Position numbers and translations under genes: made by a program. This document shows, piece by piece, positions 50,838-64,000 of a DNA stretch of 64,000 nt (within the stretch, counting starts at the first letter, position 1; each line of letters starts with the position of its first letter). This stretch comes from Microthyrium microscopicum (Eukaryota). The notes below the pieces were generated by a model. The model was not told the DNA's origin, searched no databases, and was given only the letters and a program-made list of their open reading frames with translations. The stretch covers positions 2,549,038 to 2,613,037 of the forward strand of contig MU004232.1 in the NCBI GenBank assembly GCA_010405405.1, written 5' to 3'.

Positions 50838-51493
50838 ATGAGATGAAGAGAGAAAGAAAACGATGCTTTAGCGAGGTTGGTAGCAAGCAATCAGATCCGT
50901 TGAACTTTTGAGCAGTTTTATATCACGGGCATAGATGTATGTGACTGAGAGAGAAAGAAATGTATGGAATAGTTGTTGATATGAAAAAGCGCATCTTCGT
51001 TTCTGTGCAGTTTTTGAGTGGACTTGATTATTTTGTATTTCGTGTTTGACTACTTAGTTCACTCTCAAGTCCTTTCAACGTTTCCCAACAATGGTAAACA
51101 ACAACAATGCCTCATCCGACATGATTCCCAGACACACCAAACTCCCCGTTCCTCTCCGTCAGGACCCAAATTAGAGCGCAAAGGTGGATTAGAGATAAGA
51201 ATGAAGAGCATATGGATTCCTGGGAATTTCTTCAAAAGACGCATTAAGGTACAAATAGAGTCCCAAGCCATCAGCCAGAACTGGCGAAAAGACAGAATGA
51301 CTAGTATAGTTTGATGACGCTGATTTGCGGAGAGTGTGAACAATGGGTGGATTATTGGTTTCAACAACCGAAATGTGTGAACAAGATGGCCCATAGGAGA
51401 CGACTGATTAGAGTGACCGTATTTTCCACAGCCACAACATTTCTTTGCCCCGAGCAATCCTCCTCAGTTTTCGCCCAATATTTTTCCTCGAGC

Positions 51494-52904
51494 TTAGTGT
51501 TGGTCATCATCGGGCTGGTCGAACAAGAAATTGGCGGCCAACTCCTCATTCTTGTCGCATGCGAAGTAGGCTTGGATGACGAGATCGCGTTCGAAGCCCA
51601 GACGGCAGAGCTATTTGTAATTAGTACGGTTGAAATGGAAGTAAGTTTCGCATAACTTACGCGCTCAATCGCATCTCGTTCTTCTTCCGTAATGCTCACG
51701 ACTTGCGCACCCGGTGGGAGTGCCGCATCGTCGCCCTCATCCTCGGCGAGAAGCTCCAAGAACTCATCTGGTCGATTGGTAATCATCTGAGCGAGTTGAG
51801 GATTGCCCTGCGTCAACTGTTGCATAATGGGCTCCAGCATTTGTGGATTTTGTTGAACCAGAGTTCTGAGCTGATGGAACTGTGGGTTGTTGCGCAAGAA
51901 ATCGAGAGTTCCTGCTGGCACAGCTCCTCCAGCACCAGCACCAGCACCAGCTGCAGCACCAGCTCCTTGGCGTGGTCCTCCTCGTCCCAGTGCCTCTGCG
52001 GCTTCAAAGAGGTTGATAGGCTCATCGCTGGCTAGATCAGCTGGTGCGGTTGCAGTCTCAGTTGTCGCAGCTGGAGCCCGAGCCGCAGGGGCTTGGGTCG
52101 CAGCAGCAGCAGGTGCTTGCTCGCGTTGCAGATGCTCGGGAATACCATTTAGAAGGTATTCAACGGCTCGATCTGGGTTGAAGAAAGCAGCGCGCATAGC
52201 ACGATCGATCTGATCCCGAGGGAACCCCATAGCTTCCATATTCTCCGTAGCGGCTGCGCGCTCTGCGCCTAGCGCAAGGGTTGAAGGGTCGTTTGATTGT
52301 CTCGAAGGGGACTGGGCAGCGCCAGCTGGTGAAGGAGTAGCAGGCACATTTGAAGCACCAGTAGAAGCAACGGGAGCGATCGGTGCGGCAGGAGTCTGGC
52401 TTGTAGTGGAGGACTGTGCAGGTGTTGATGGGGCAGCGGATGTAGAAGGTTGAGGCTTTGGCTATTGTCTTCGTTAGCTAGAATTCGACGGGGTTGGCGA
52501 AGGCTGTAATTACCTTTTGGATCATGCAAACGATGAAACCCTTCTCTTCGATGTTGTAGGACTCTATGGTCTTGTCATCTTGTAAGATCTTGCCTATCGT
52601 CGCGAGTTAGCTTCTGTGGCGCATACAGCTCGAGTCGAATCGGCCTTTCATTACCAGAGTAGATGAGTTTCTGCTGAGCTGGTTCCCATTCTTTCTCCTG
52701 CTGAATCTTGGCCTTGACTTGTGCAATCTACAGGAATTAGTCGAGTTTCTACAAGCTCAAAGCGGGGCAAGGCGATGAAGCTCACAGTTTCAAAAGGTTC
52801 CGCCTCGATGACGAACTTGGCCTGCTTGAGGTCCTGATAAGTGTTAGACAGATTCCATTAGACGCTTTGCTTTGGGTAGAGTTTACCTTGAAGGTGAGCT
52901 TCAT
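51494..52904 (-). CDS. RAD23: UV excision repair / proteasome shuttle protein (UBL-UBA-XPC binding-UBA)
   Basis: MKLTFK-DLKQAKF start over short exons, [65 protein letters not shown]. Confidence 0.95.
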
Positions 52905-55900
52905 GGTGTATTTGGTAGATGCTCTCGGATGAAAGTTCAGATGACAGGCGAGTAATGAAGATGTGGGGTTAGGATTCGCTAGCAGAAGCGGGCTGGTGGT
53001 GTGGCAAGACGATGGAATATGTAGAGCGAAGGGTGAAGAGGCAGAGTTTTCAACGGTGGTGGGGATAGAGGATGAAATAAGTGTTGGAGTTGAAGAGTCA
53101 GTGAAGTACAGTATTGAGATGAAGCCAGAAGATTTGAGGTTTAAGGTAGTGTGGACCGTTGGCAGTCACAGTGTGCAGTCGTTGCCGCAGTTGCCTTGCC
53201 TGTGCGGGCAGTGAAGCCTTCCTTTGCTTGGTCCTGCCTAACCGCGGGTGGCTGCCCGCAAAATAACCTACACCTCCAATTCGGTCCCTATCTTCATCTC
53301 ATTCTTAGCACGCTCTTTGTCCCCCTCATTCACGTATATCTTCATGTGAACATTGAAAGTGTTACTTGATGCCGATTTCGTACTCGATCCCGATAAGGCT
53401 GCTACTTACAAGTCACTCTTTGAAGCGCAAGCGCGCTTATTACCCGAAGATATCTATCATCTCATGAGCATATCCCCCAAATCTGGCGCTATTGAATTTG
53501 GGGAATATCTTCATGCTGTTCCCATAAGATGCCTTTGATCTGTTGACAGCATTTTAGCAACAGGACGATTCTCTCTACAATGGTAGATCAGGCGGAAAGC
53601 TGTCACCCACCTCACAACTTGCATATCGAGTCTGAGATGAGCGTGAACCGTTGGATACCTGTCATGTAGCTTCTACTCAAGTACTTTCGGTGATTGGTAT
53701 ATACCCCTAGCAAGCAAGACCGCGAGATATGACTTGCAGTATCGGCTCAACGCTCTTCGAATATATGCCTGCGTAAAAAGAAAGGCCCTCTGGCTGATGA
53801 TGGATATGGACATCAAGGATGTTCGTTGTATAAACTGGAGTTTTCTTATGCTTTTTGAGTTTCTAAGGTCAAGAGTCTGTATCCTTATCGCATCATCTGG
53901 TCCGAATTTTGAATGACCATTGTAATATATCCAGGCCCAAAGCCTGAGAATGGATATCTGCCTGCAAGGACAACCCTACAGAGTAGAGTCTCGTTGCCTC
54001 CATCCTTGATTTCCTACAACCTGCATTGCTGAGCGCTCATCAACTGTTCAGCTATATTTCTTGACTGGTTCAAGAAAGAGACAATCATAATGGTTCTTTA
54101 AAGGCTTTCTGGTAATTTCATTTGACAAGAATGCTATGTCTAGCAAGGCATGATAGTAATATCAACTCTGAAAGTTTCCGCTTTCTCTCTAAGATGAACC
54201 ATAACGCCCACCCTAATCAACAATATATTCTATACATGCTTTACCAGGTCTGAAGAATCGCTGCGCTACCAAACAGCATTGGATGAGTAATGAAGAAATG
54301 TCGGCTACACTTCCTATCGGCGATCCATCAACTTTGAATCTTTTACGAGAAAATCAACCACTGCGTGAAGTTGAACGCGTTCCTTAGCGTGTCAACCACC
54401 AACTGTGAACTATCAGCATCCACATCTTAGCCACCCAACCCGTTGGCATCAAGCCTTTCGTAATTTTTTCAATCATAGAGACTTCAAAGCGCGCCACTCG
54501 CTCCTTCAAACGCGTCAAGCGATTTGGGAATGACTGGTGAGCAGCCAAAGGCCATTGCTTGCGAATCCGGATGCTCAAAATGAACAGTCGCACCCATCTT
54601 CGTGGTCACTAGTATGCCGCTGAGCATCCCTCTCTACTTACCTTTCCGAGCCAATCACTTTACACTGACCGGCGAGTAATTGCTTCCATCCCAGGCATCG
54701 CGGTTTCAAGGTGACAATGCAACATTGTCGTGAGCACTGTTCCCGTTCGGTCGCGTAGAAGGTCAACAAGAACAACAACAAACAACGCGACGCGTTGGCA
54801 ATAGTAACGCCTAGTATAGCGCCTCACCAGCAAAAGTTTGCAACTTTGCACAGCTGGCAGTGCTGTGGCGGAACATGTTAACAACTGACTTGTTCGCCAT
54901 TTTGACAGCAGCGCGTTCTAGGAAAGAGCATCCTTTTTGGCAGCGCCCGACGCCCATGGCACTGGCAGCATGTTCCTCTCGCGTGGAATAGCTTTTGGCT
55001 GCAGAACAAAGCCCATGCTTTCCCCAGCTTCAGCTGAAAACGGGCTGAGAGCTCTGAGCCAAGGTTGTTCCTTGTGTTCTTCTGGAAAACCCAGAAAACA
55101 TCAGTTGGCCCAAGCTAACGGTGGTTCGAACCCAATTGACGCATTTCATTGGTTGCTGAGAGCATTAATTCTTGGATTCTTCCTCCGATCAGCCGCATCC
55201 ACGCCTGGCTCCCACGTTGCAAATTGACGCTGAATCGACCCAGATATTAATTCAGGGTAGATTTTTATCGTTCAGCAACCCTTACACGCAATCTCATTCC
55301 TATCTTCTCTTTCAAAGTACCTCTGGCATTGGCTGTCAAGGAAATGAGACTTGATCGAGCAGCAGGGAATCTGTACAAAGTTCTACAAATACAACAAACT
55401 GGCTTGAAGCCTGATTCGCAATCCGGCCAAGTACCATAGATTGGTCGACTGCTGCCACAAAGCAGTCCCTGCCAACAACTCTCTACGATCAAGTCTGCTG
55501 GCGCCAGTCATCTGGGAAGACCGTGTTGCACATGTGTGTCCTATTTTAGACTTCCTTGCTGAAGACTGTTACGGGGTGCTCCTTTTCAAGCCAGAAGGAT
55601 GTTTGACGTAGTACCAGACGCGCAGTAATTGCTGTATTGATCCGGTATAATCACTTGCCTGTTTGGTTGGAACTCCATGATCTCAGCCAGGATTCCAGGA
55701 AGAAAGCCGCTGTCCGATCCAGGATGTTTGTCCGGCATCTCGCAGATTTGGTTGACGTGGTATGCAACATGCCAATCTCGTCAATGGGACTACAGCCTTA
55801 TTCCTGCCAATGGCATGGATATTGTTCTCCTCACACTTGTAATATGTTAATGCACGCAGGCTCAGGTTCATCTCTTGCGATTGATTATAACTTCACAGTC

Positions 55901-56769
55901 TAACCCTGCCTTCCGCAGCTCATGCACACATTTCAGTTTTCTTGCGACTCTTTTGAATTACAGTACCCCTGAGACGACTGACAAGACATGGTATAATATC
56001 TTTGCCGGAGCCCAGAAGTCTTCGCTACGACAAACGCTGTACTCCGTACTCCTTCTTTATGCTCTGTGTACCTATTTTGTCTTTTACCATTTGTCAAAGG
56101 CGTCGTCTAGCGTTTCATGATCGCACAAGGTCGCCTCATTGCCAAGTTTAGACGATAGTGCCACAGCACAGACAAACCTTAAAATCCGCCTCCTTTTGGA
56201 CACAGACCGTCAACGTCAAGATCCAGGTACTGGGTGTAGGCGATCAAAACGTGCCGGTTGAAGAATCGGGTCTGAGCACTCTGAAGTTCTGATTCTGAAC
56301 TTGAAAGTCAGTCCCTCACCCAAGCCTCCTTCGCAGCCGTTCGCCAACTACCGCAAGTTTTGGTCTTTAGGCCAACCTACTTGGTTCTATGGTGCCTTCT
56401 TGAAACAACGCCGCAAAGACTGGAGAGCACCAAGATCTTTCCAAGAGAAAGAGATATTCGATTCAGGTTAACAACAGGTTTTGGTCCAGACTCCAGCACC
56501 GCCACGAGTTTCCGTTCAATCATTGCGCGTGTTTGACAACAAGCCTAATCAAATTGGCTGCAAGCTGCAGTTATAAAGTTGTTGGTTTATGCTGTTCAAG
56601 CATGCTCAACTGGATCTGATCAATTTTGAGTTGGTACACTAACAGTAAGTCGCATTCGGGACTTTATGCGGAGGTTTTATTTCGTTTGCACTAACCAACT
56701 CCCAGTACAAGGAAGATACTTTCGGGATACGACTCGGTTGGCTTTTAAAAGTAATCGGTCAACGCCATT

Positions 56770-59700
56770 CTGGAGGGTCGACAGCTGAAAACCTGATAAT
56801 TAATAAACGCTATCCGACAGCCAAAAGAGGTAAGGGGTAGATTAGTTGGTCTTATTAGGGGGTATTAAATAGGGATAAAGGATTACATACAAATTTTGTC
56901 TCTATGGCTTTTTAAACCTTAATCCTGCTAGATCTTAGCCGTTGACTATCTAAAAATTATTAAATTTGAAGCCTAAGATACCTAAAATGGACGCTATATA
57001 ATAGATTACTAGTGAAGCTACTAGTATAGCTTTGCAATGGTTCTAATTCTTTAATGTTATTAATTAGGACTACATTAATTAAGAATATTAATTACTTGTT
57101 AGATATGGACACTAAGAATAGTATTTAGATCTACTTAGTAATAGCGATATAGTATTATAATATTAGTATAGTAAATCTATATTAAAGAATGCCTATAGTA
57201 CTAATTAGTATATAATAGGTTCTTAAAGTAGAAAATTAGATAGTTAGCTTAACTAATAGATCTTTAAAACATGTCCTTCAAAAAACAATATAATTCTTTA
57301 CGTAAAGCTAAATTTCTAATATCGTTACTACTTATGCATTTAGTTTGACTATATATTTATTTTAATTTAGCGTAATAGTTTTGTAAGAGCCTAATAATAT
57401 TAAAGGACTACTTTAATAATACTCTTCTTTATCTTTATTGCTACTACTCTAAGCTCTTGAAATTCTATCCTTTTTTGACGCTAGATTAAATGTAAGAGTA
57501 TATAAATATTATAAGGGATAGTAGTAGTAGAGATTGCTTTTAGGGCTTTATTAATACCACTATAGTAAATATCTATTAATCTAAAGGTAAAGAGGACTAA
57601 TAGCGAGCTTTTTATAGTAGTTATATAAGAAGATACTATATAAAAAGCTAAGCTATTTGTTGTCCTAATAGTATAATCCTCTTTATTAACGTTAGTTATC
57701 TTAGTACTATTAATAATAGAATGATGTTACTTAAGTCTAGACTTAAAGATAGACTTCGTTAGCTATTTTAATACTATTAGAAATAATAGTTATATAGAGA
57801 TGTTATATACTAGGGTAGTAATATTATAATGGTTTTATTTAATAGGCCATTGAATTTAATTAAGCGACGATTTAATTATATTATAGCAAAGAAGAGGGTT
57901 TTTGTTAAGTAATCTTTTACTTAGTTAAAGGGATTATAGTATAGAGGGATATTTAATTTTAGGCTAGGCCTACGCGTTAGTTTAATACTTATTATATATT
58001 ATTTAAGTATCTTATTTTTGTTAACTAACTACTTAACGTATTACTATATAAACTTAATAAATTCTTATTTTAGGACATTGCTAATATTTATTAAGGATTA
58101 TTTAAATCTTTTTAGAATGTTTAATTAGATAGAATTATTAATTTATTATAGTTTAAAAGATATCTATTTTGTTAAAGATATTAAAGAAGATAAGATGTAG
58201 TTAGGTGCCTATAGATGTTAAGGAGTAAAGATATTAAAGATTTAGGGTTAGTATTTTATTTAACCCTTAAAGCTTTTAGAAGATATTATAAAGGGCTATA
58301 AATAGAATATGTCTATAACTACTACTAAAATTTGTAGAGAACATTAGAATTATATCTATTTAGGTCTATTTATAGGATTAAAGCTAAGATTCCTTACTAT
58401 CTCTAAATATTACTCTAATCTCTAAGTAGCCTGTTCTTCTAATCTAAATATCCTTAACTTAATACTTCTTATATCTAATATATCTTTACTAAAATAATTA
58501 CTACTACTACTACTATAAATCCTATTCGCTTTATACTATGTCTTCTTTAGCTTATCTACTTCTTTAAGGTTCTTATTAGTATTAACAAAAAAGCAAGTTA
58601 TCGCAATCGTAGCTTTATTAATATAAGAGCGAGTTTTTTAGCGCTTTACTTACCTTACTATAGGATTTTGAGTATTTCTACTCTTTTTTAAGCCTAAGCT
58701 AGAACTTATTAGAGGCTTAGGGGTAGGGGATTAAACGTGTGTATGCTATAGTAGTAGAGGACCTAAACTAGTATTATTAAAGTTAAGGAATTCTTGTAAT
58801 AGCGATCTAGGAATATGTAAAGTAGTAACAATATTTATTAGTAATAGTAAAGTCTTATCTAATTTAATTATAGGGCTAGAACGCTTGCTAAATATTGTTA
58901 TAATAATATTATAGCGTTAAACCTATTCTTGTCTATAGGCGTTAACTAGTTCTTAAGCTTTAGTTTTATTTAATACCCTTGAATTATATTAGTCTTTAAT
59001 AATAATCTACGTATTTAGAGCTTTTTAATATAGGTTAGATCTAAGAACTATCTCTAAATAATATTTATCCTTCTCTTTACGCTAGTGTAAAATATTATCT
59101 TTTAGAGTAGTCTTTATAGTCTAATTAGAGGGTGCTCTACTACTAGACGCTACTTTAAAATCTTAAATAACGCTATTCTAAAATATGCCCTTTTAACTAC
59201 TTAGGGTATTACTAGTACTACTACTATATAATTCTTTATTATAGATATAGATTTTAACTAATTTAGTTAGATTATCCTAGCCCTAGCTTAAATGCTAGCG
59301 TAGTAAAGCTATTAGCCTTATAAGCGCTGTAGCCTGCTAGTAATTAGAGTATTAAATAGGCGTATTTTATATAGTAGGGCCCTAGGGGGCTTAGAAGAGT
59401 AGGGAAAACGTTAGGGTCGTTGTTAGGGTTGCTTTAAATAAGCTAAGCATACTCTTAATTAAGATTTTAGGTATAGAATTATATTATTAAGATATTTTAG
59501 CTTTAAAGAAGATATTAAGCTTTAGAATATAAAGATATAAGTTATAGAATATAAAGATATTAGATCTAATAGTTTCTATAGCTAAATTATTACTATAGGA
59601 TTATATTTCTTTATTAGGGCGTATTTTATAACTTATAGCTCTCTTAGAAGTCTTAGCTATTCTTAGTTCTACTCGTAGCTTTAAAAATATACTTAAAATA

Positions 59701-59936
59701 GATTAATTCTTAAGGGATTTTATTACTAATAAGGCTAAGATATAACGTTTATATAAACTCTATAGTAATACTATTCTGGTAACGCGTTATTAAGAATTAG
59801 AGCTAAAATCTCTTATATAGCGCTAATGGAATTTATTAGCGCTACATAAGAACTATCGATTTATGTGTAATACTATTCCTGATTAAGCGACGGATTAGGG
59901 TCTTATTATTGCGGATGCGAGCTGTCGACCCTCCAG
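56770..59936 (+). mobile_element. PIF/Harbinger-type DNA transposon, RIP-mutated, 3167 bp
   Basis: 17-bp TIR ctggagggtcgacagct with att on both flanks. Plus-strand transposase ~56990-58050 with de-RIP DDE_Tnp_4-type motifs WGFIDTT..ICRP, FYSGY.RRH, PDGMI, LYGD. Convergent second ORF remnant on the minus strand ~59500-58400. Confidence 0.88.
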
Positions 59937-60479
59937 ATTTGAAACTATCCAATCGTACATGCTGCCTTGCTCTGGTCCAACTGCCAACTTCAAACCGCCG
60001 CAAAGTGGGTCAAAAACCCACCTCTAGCTCTAGGATTCTAACCTGGCTTAATTTCCTTCAGCCTTGCAAGCTGCTCGCCTTTGACGAATCCTATCTACGC
60101 GATCCCAACGCGTCGTGGATACCCCTTCTACTGTCTTACTCTTCTAAAATCCACCCACTGTATTCTCTTTTCTACCAATCGAGTCCTGGCCTATTGAACT
60201 TTTCCACTACCTCAGTCTCTCGTTCATTTCCCCAGACCCTTAAGTCTCAAAACCTCTCGAGGTTGTCGCTCATTCAAAAACACTCTTTTTCACACTAACT
60301 GGATTTTGCTCTGGACTGGATCTAAACTTGTAGCTATCCAATACATTTTAAAAGGTCATTCTCTATCATTCCTTCTGGAAATCAAACTTTTACCCGTGGG
60401 CTCACTAGGTATTCTTGTTGGATCACCAATTTGTCAATATCTCAAGCTCAACGGCTCCAGGGCTCAGGATCTTCATGCC

Positions 60480-62165
60480 ATGGATTCCCAGAACAGGCGC
60501 AACATGCGCCTGTTCATTGTACCTGCTACTGGACTCGTCGTTGCGTCTCTGGCTACAGTCAACCTCGTTTTCATGACCAAGGATTCGAACACTGTTGACC
60601 TCGGACTACCGTCATTCAAGACCACAAGTATAGCAGCCGCTGCCTTGAATGGAGCAACTGCCGTTACCATACTTGCTACATCAGTTACACATTCGATGGA
60701 CCTTAAACCAAGGGTCTATTTTCGAGCTGTATTGGGTTTGGTAGGAGCAGTGGTTGCTTTGGCGTCAATGGTCATCACCGTCAATATCATTATTCTCAAA
60801 AGGATAAATCCTTCCAAACTCGAAGCTAGCAAGGCATCGCCAGTGATCTCAACTGAGACAGAACTCATTGCATGGGCTTTATATACGGCTTTCACCCTAG
60901 CATTCTATGTCTTGTTGGCTGCTTTACCACACAGACAAGTCGTAAACCATGGCCATTCCACATGGACGACTTCAACACTAAGCTTTTACGGCGACAAGAA
61001 GACCAGTAATGGATCAAACATAACACAATCACCGCCAACTCCTCTCCGCGAACTCTCACCTCCCATTCCTCAAGTATCAACCCATACACAAAAGCCTTTG
61101 CAAAATAATTCCCGAAGAAGCTCTTGGCGAGATTCGTTAGCCTCTCTACAACAGGTGGTTCGTCCAAGCCATTCAAACAACTCTTTCCAGTCTAGAAAAC
61201 GGCTACTTAACAGCGGGCCTTCAACAGCCAGGAGCTCGTACTCCAAAGAGACGCAAAGCTTCATGTCCATGGACTCCAAGTCAATCACCAATACAGAACG
61301 CTCAGATACCCTGGATTCTCAGACCTGGGATCTTTGGTGCAAAGAAGTCCAGATTGGCGAGCAATCCTCCCCAACTGCTCGCAAGACCGGACAGATGCCA
61401 CTGGGCACCTCTCTCGAAACCATACCAGGCAGTCGGCCCAGCAGCCCAGGGAAACCCCTAGATGGGCCCTTTGCAGAAATCGAGTCGCAAATCGAAACAA
61501 GTCTCTTCCGGTCACCTTCGTCCCTCGCCAACCACACGCCTACAACATCCACCGATCACCTCCGACCCATCCCACGCTCCAGCTCCTCCTTCCGTCTGGC
61601 TCGCGACTTCTCTCCCAACCGGCCGTCCACTCATACTTCTTCTTCCGCCTCTCTCGCCTCCCTCGATTTCGATGCCTATCAACCCACCACTATCACACGC
61701 CCACCAACAGCTATGAGCACAACATCCACAATCCGCCCCTCCACATCCCTCAGCGTGCGCCGCCCTGTAGTCCGCATACCATCCCGCCCCACGACACCAG
61801 CCGTGGTAGAAGCACACATCCACCCGCTCTTCCGCACCGACTCGCCCACGCCTCCACCTAATGCCTCCGCAAACACTGTCGTCCACGCGTCGCCATTTAG
61901 CGGCCAAGTCATCGGACAAGTACACACACCTGGCGCTGCAAATCAAACGTGGTCGAGCGTATCCGCGCGCTCATACACCAGCGTACGCGCACCAAGTCGT
62001 TCCAACAGCCGACTAGGCGAGCGTATTGACGAGGACGCTGTGACGCCTAGCAGCTATTTTGCTGGCCCAGGTAGTCGGTCTGGCAGTGGACGGTCGACGC
62101 CGACGGGCACGAAGATGGCCATTCCGGATTTTGTGTTAGGGGTCAGTAAGGAGCGATTGATCTGA
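60480..62165 (+). CDS. Fungal hypothetical membrane protein: ~4 N-terminal TM helices and a long Ser/Thr/Pro-rich tail
   Basis: Single long ORF, first ATG 60480. Hydrophobic segments followed by a low-complexity tail with EAHIHPLFRTDSPTPPP. Confidence 0.8.
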   Translation: MDSQNRRNMRLFIVPATGLVVASLATVNLVFMTKDSNTVDLGLPSFKTTSIAAAALNGATAVTILATSVTHSMDLKPRVYFRAVLGLVGAVVALASMVITVNIIILKRINPSKLEASKASPVISTETELIAWALYTAFTLAFYVLLAALPHRQVVNHGHSTWTTSTLSFYGDKKTSNGSNITQSPPTPLRELSPPIPQVSTHTQKPLQNNSRRSSWRDSLASLQQVVRPSHSNNSFQSRKRLLNSGPSTARSSYSKETQSFMSMDSKSITNTERSDTLDSQTWDLWCKEVQIGEQSSPTARKTGQMPLGTSLETIPGSRPSSPGKPLDGPFAEIESQIETSLFRSPSSLANHTPTTSTDHLRPIPRSSSSFRLARDFSPNRPSTHTSSSASLASLDFDAYQPTTITRPPTAMSTTSTIRPSTSLSVRRPVVRIPSRPTTPAVVEAHIHPLFRTDSPTPPPNASANTVVHASPFSGQVIGQVHTPGAANQTWSSVSARSYTSVRAPSRSNSRLGERIDEDAVTPSSYFAGPGSRSGSGRSTPTGTKMAIPDFVLGVSKERLI

Positions 62166-62684
62166 GCCAAACTATGAAAAATGGGGCTTCAGGATTTTTC
62201 TACGTTGGTTTGCATGTTGACGTGTTTGTTATGGGGCGTTTTCTGGATGCATTTATTATTAGGATACCCACGATTTGGCTGATGACTTTTCCCTTTTTTT
62301 GAAACAGCGAGGACAATCTCGTAGCATATATTTATTGTATATATCTTAACTTTTATGAGGCGCGATTTAACGGCCGCACAAAGCAACGACTGCAGAATGC
62401 AATGAAGACAATTATATACAATTAGACTTTCTAGCATGCTAACAATACTCCAGTGACTGCAGAGCCATGGGCAGTTTCAATTAGTCCAAAAACCAGTCGT
62501 TGACTTGGATGAGAACATGATAATTGCCTCAGTACGGACAAGGTTTTAGTCAAACAGCATAACTGTCTATCTTCCCTGGAGGTTCCTGGGACATAAGACC
62601 TTTAACTATTTTCCAAAATGGATAGCGAATACGGCTCACTCTTCAAACCGTCATATCGATGCGGTGATGGCCCATCGTTACAGT

Positions 62685-63788
62685 TCACCGCACAGCTTTC
62701 TCTTTCGCAAGACCATAAATCCCACGGGCCTTGATCAACGACTCCCCAATCTTCACTGATCGCTCACCCTCTGGTAAACATACCGACAGATCTGTTACTT
62801 GTTGTTCAAGTAGTTCCCAGAATTGCTCGTTATCCTTTTCTGTCATTGCCATCAACTCAGCCCGCTTGCCTTCGAGAATTTGTTTTTTCGCCTCAATACG
62901 ACCAGTCAGCTTCTTCATATTCTTCCTCAACGTAACGAGCTTTGTTCGCCGCGACTTGATCAATTTCCGTCGAACCTTTGGATCAGCCTTATGTTCCAGC
63001 GCCTCCATCTTCTCAGACAGAAATTTGACATCATCCATGGCAGAAGAAAAGTCATGAAGAAGCCTATACGGTCCCGTCACAAATGGCAACGCCTGCCGTA
63101 GCTCAATCAACTCCTCTTTCGACGGACACGCCGGAAACTCGTTCTTGGTAATAGGCGCATGATAGCCCGTGAAGAGGCCAGCTTTCCATATTCCGTCAAC
63201 CTTCTGATAAGTTGCGCGCGAAGAACAGCGTTCCTTCTCCAAGAAGACATTATGCACAACAGTATGCGCATTCTCGAATTGCGCAAGCAGCAAATCCAAT
63301 CGTGGTCGCAAAGGAATGGGCAACTGCGGCCTTGATATCTGCCATGGGCGGCGCCATGGGCGGGAAGTTTCTTGTGGAATTTCGCTCTCCGGGACAAGGG
63401 CAGGGCCAACATCACAAATGGCGTTCCCTAGGATCCAGATATTGCGGATGTGTTTTGCGTTGCTGAGGTTTAGAGGTGGTGCGATTTTGATGGCCTGCGC
63501 TGTGCTGCCGGAAAAGCCATGTTCTGGAGTGCGTGTCATTTGGAAATTGAGAGCTTCTTTGGCTATGAAGCAGTGGGTGGAGTTCCAGCGGAGGTCGAGA
63601 ACGAACCAGGACTTGCGCAGGTATGTGAGCTCAGATTCGGATCGTAAGGTTGGGCCGGCGTTGTGGATTGCGGCGAGGGTTGGGAGGTCGAGCATATCGT
63701 AGATCATCCATCTGAGTTCGAGGGGAAGAGATAGGAAGCGAGGAAATGTTTCTGGAGCGTCCGGTTGCATGATTTTCTGAGGAGGCAT
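62685..63788 (-). CDS. Hypothetical protein with an N-terminal F-box-like/2EXR-like motif and C-terminal coiled coil
   Basis: FPRFLSLPLELRWMIYDML motif and a K/E/R-rich heptad C-terminus. Start chosen at MPPQK (63788); upstream in-frame ATGs exist up to 63947. Confidence 0.7.
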   Translation of the reverse strand: MPPQKIMQPDAPETFPRFLSLPLELRWMIYDMLDLPTLAAIHNAGPTLRSESELTYLRKSWFVLDLRWNSTHCFIAKEALNFQMTRTPEHGFSGSTAQAIKIAPPLNLSNAKHIRNIWILGNAICDVGPALVPESEIPQETSRPWRRPWQISRPQLPIPLRPRLDLLLAQFENAHTVVHNVFLEKERCSSRATYQKVDGIWKAGLFTGYHAPITKNEFPACPSKEELIELRQALPFVTGPYRLLHDFSSAMDDVKFLSEKMEALEHKADPKVRRKLIKSRRTKLVTLRKNMKKLTGRIEAKKQILEGKRAELMAMTEKDNEQFWELLEQQVTDLSVCLPEGERSVKIGESLIKARGIYGLAKEKAVR

Positions 63789-64000
63789 TTTGTCTGAATG
63801 AGAAGTTGGGGTTATCGCAGGTTCAGTGGAGGTTCTGCAGTATCCAAAGCAACATAGGTCGCGGCGCGGAAGATTTGGAGTTTGCCGATACCTCATGTTA
63901 TGAATTGCGAGGTGAAGTTGAGAGATTGAGGTAAAACGTGACCCCATGCAGTCTCACTTGAGGTAGTGAGGTGACAGTTGCAGGAGGACAGGTGCAGTAG

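Overview
Filamentous ascomycete nuclear DNA in two compartments. Bases 1-~33,200 are an extremely AT-rich block with the repeat-induced point mutation (RIP) signature: TpA excess and CpA/TpG loss. Mentally reverting C>T and G>A changes resolves it into nested elements: (1) a head-to-tail array of a ~1.6 kb unit separated by 15-bp CCCTA-core repeats; (2) a minus-strand Ty3/Gypsy element with an extra antisense ORF, whose LTR occurs at the same base of two successive array junctions; (3) a complete gag-only (ORF1-only) non-LTR element with a 14-bp TSD; (4) a decayed LINE interrupted by a nearly unmutated 1.2 kb TRIM and by a full-length chromovirus, which share LTR termini and a Tf1-type self-priming site. 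Bases ~33,200-64,000 are normal gene-rich sequence: RTA1-like protein, Bys1-like secreted protein, BC10/BLCAP homolog, MET17/cysD with an NLS-like N-terminal extension, TSC2, CSE1, RAD23, a multi-TM protein and an F-box-like protein. This part also holds a RIP-mutated 3.2 kb PIF/Harbinger transposon and a related 334-bp MITE upstream of MET17. Domain calls in RIP-mutated DNA come from manual back-translation and need computational confirmation.
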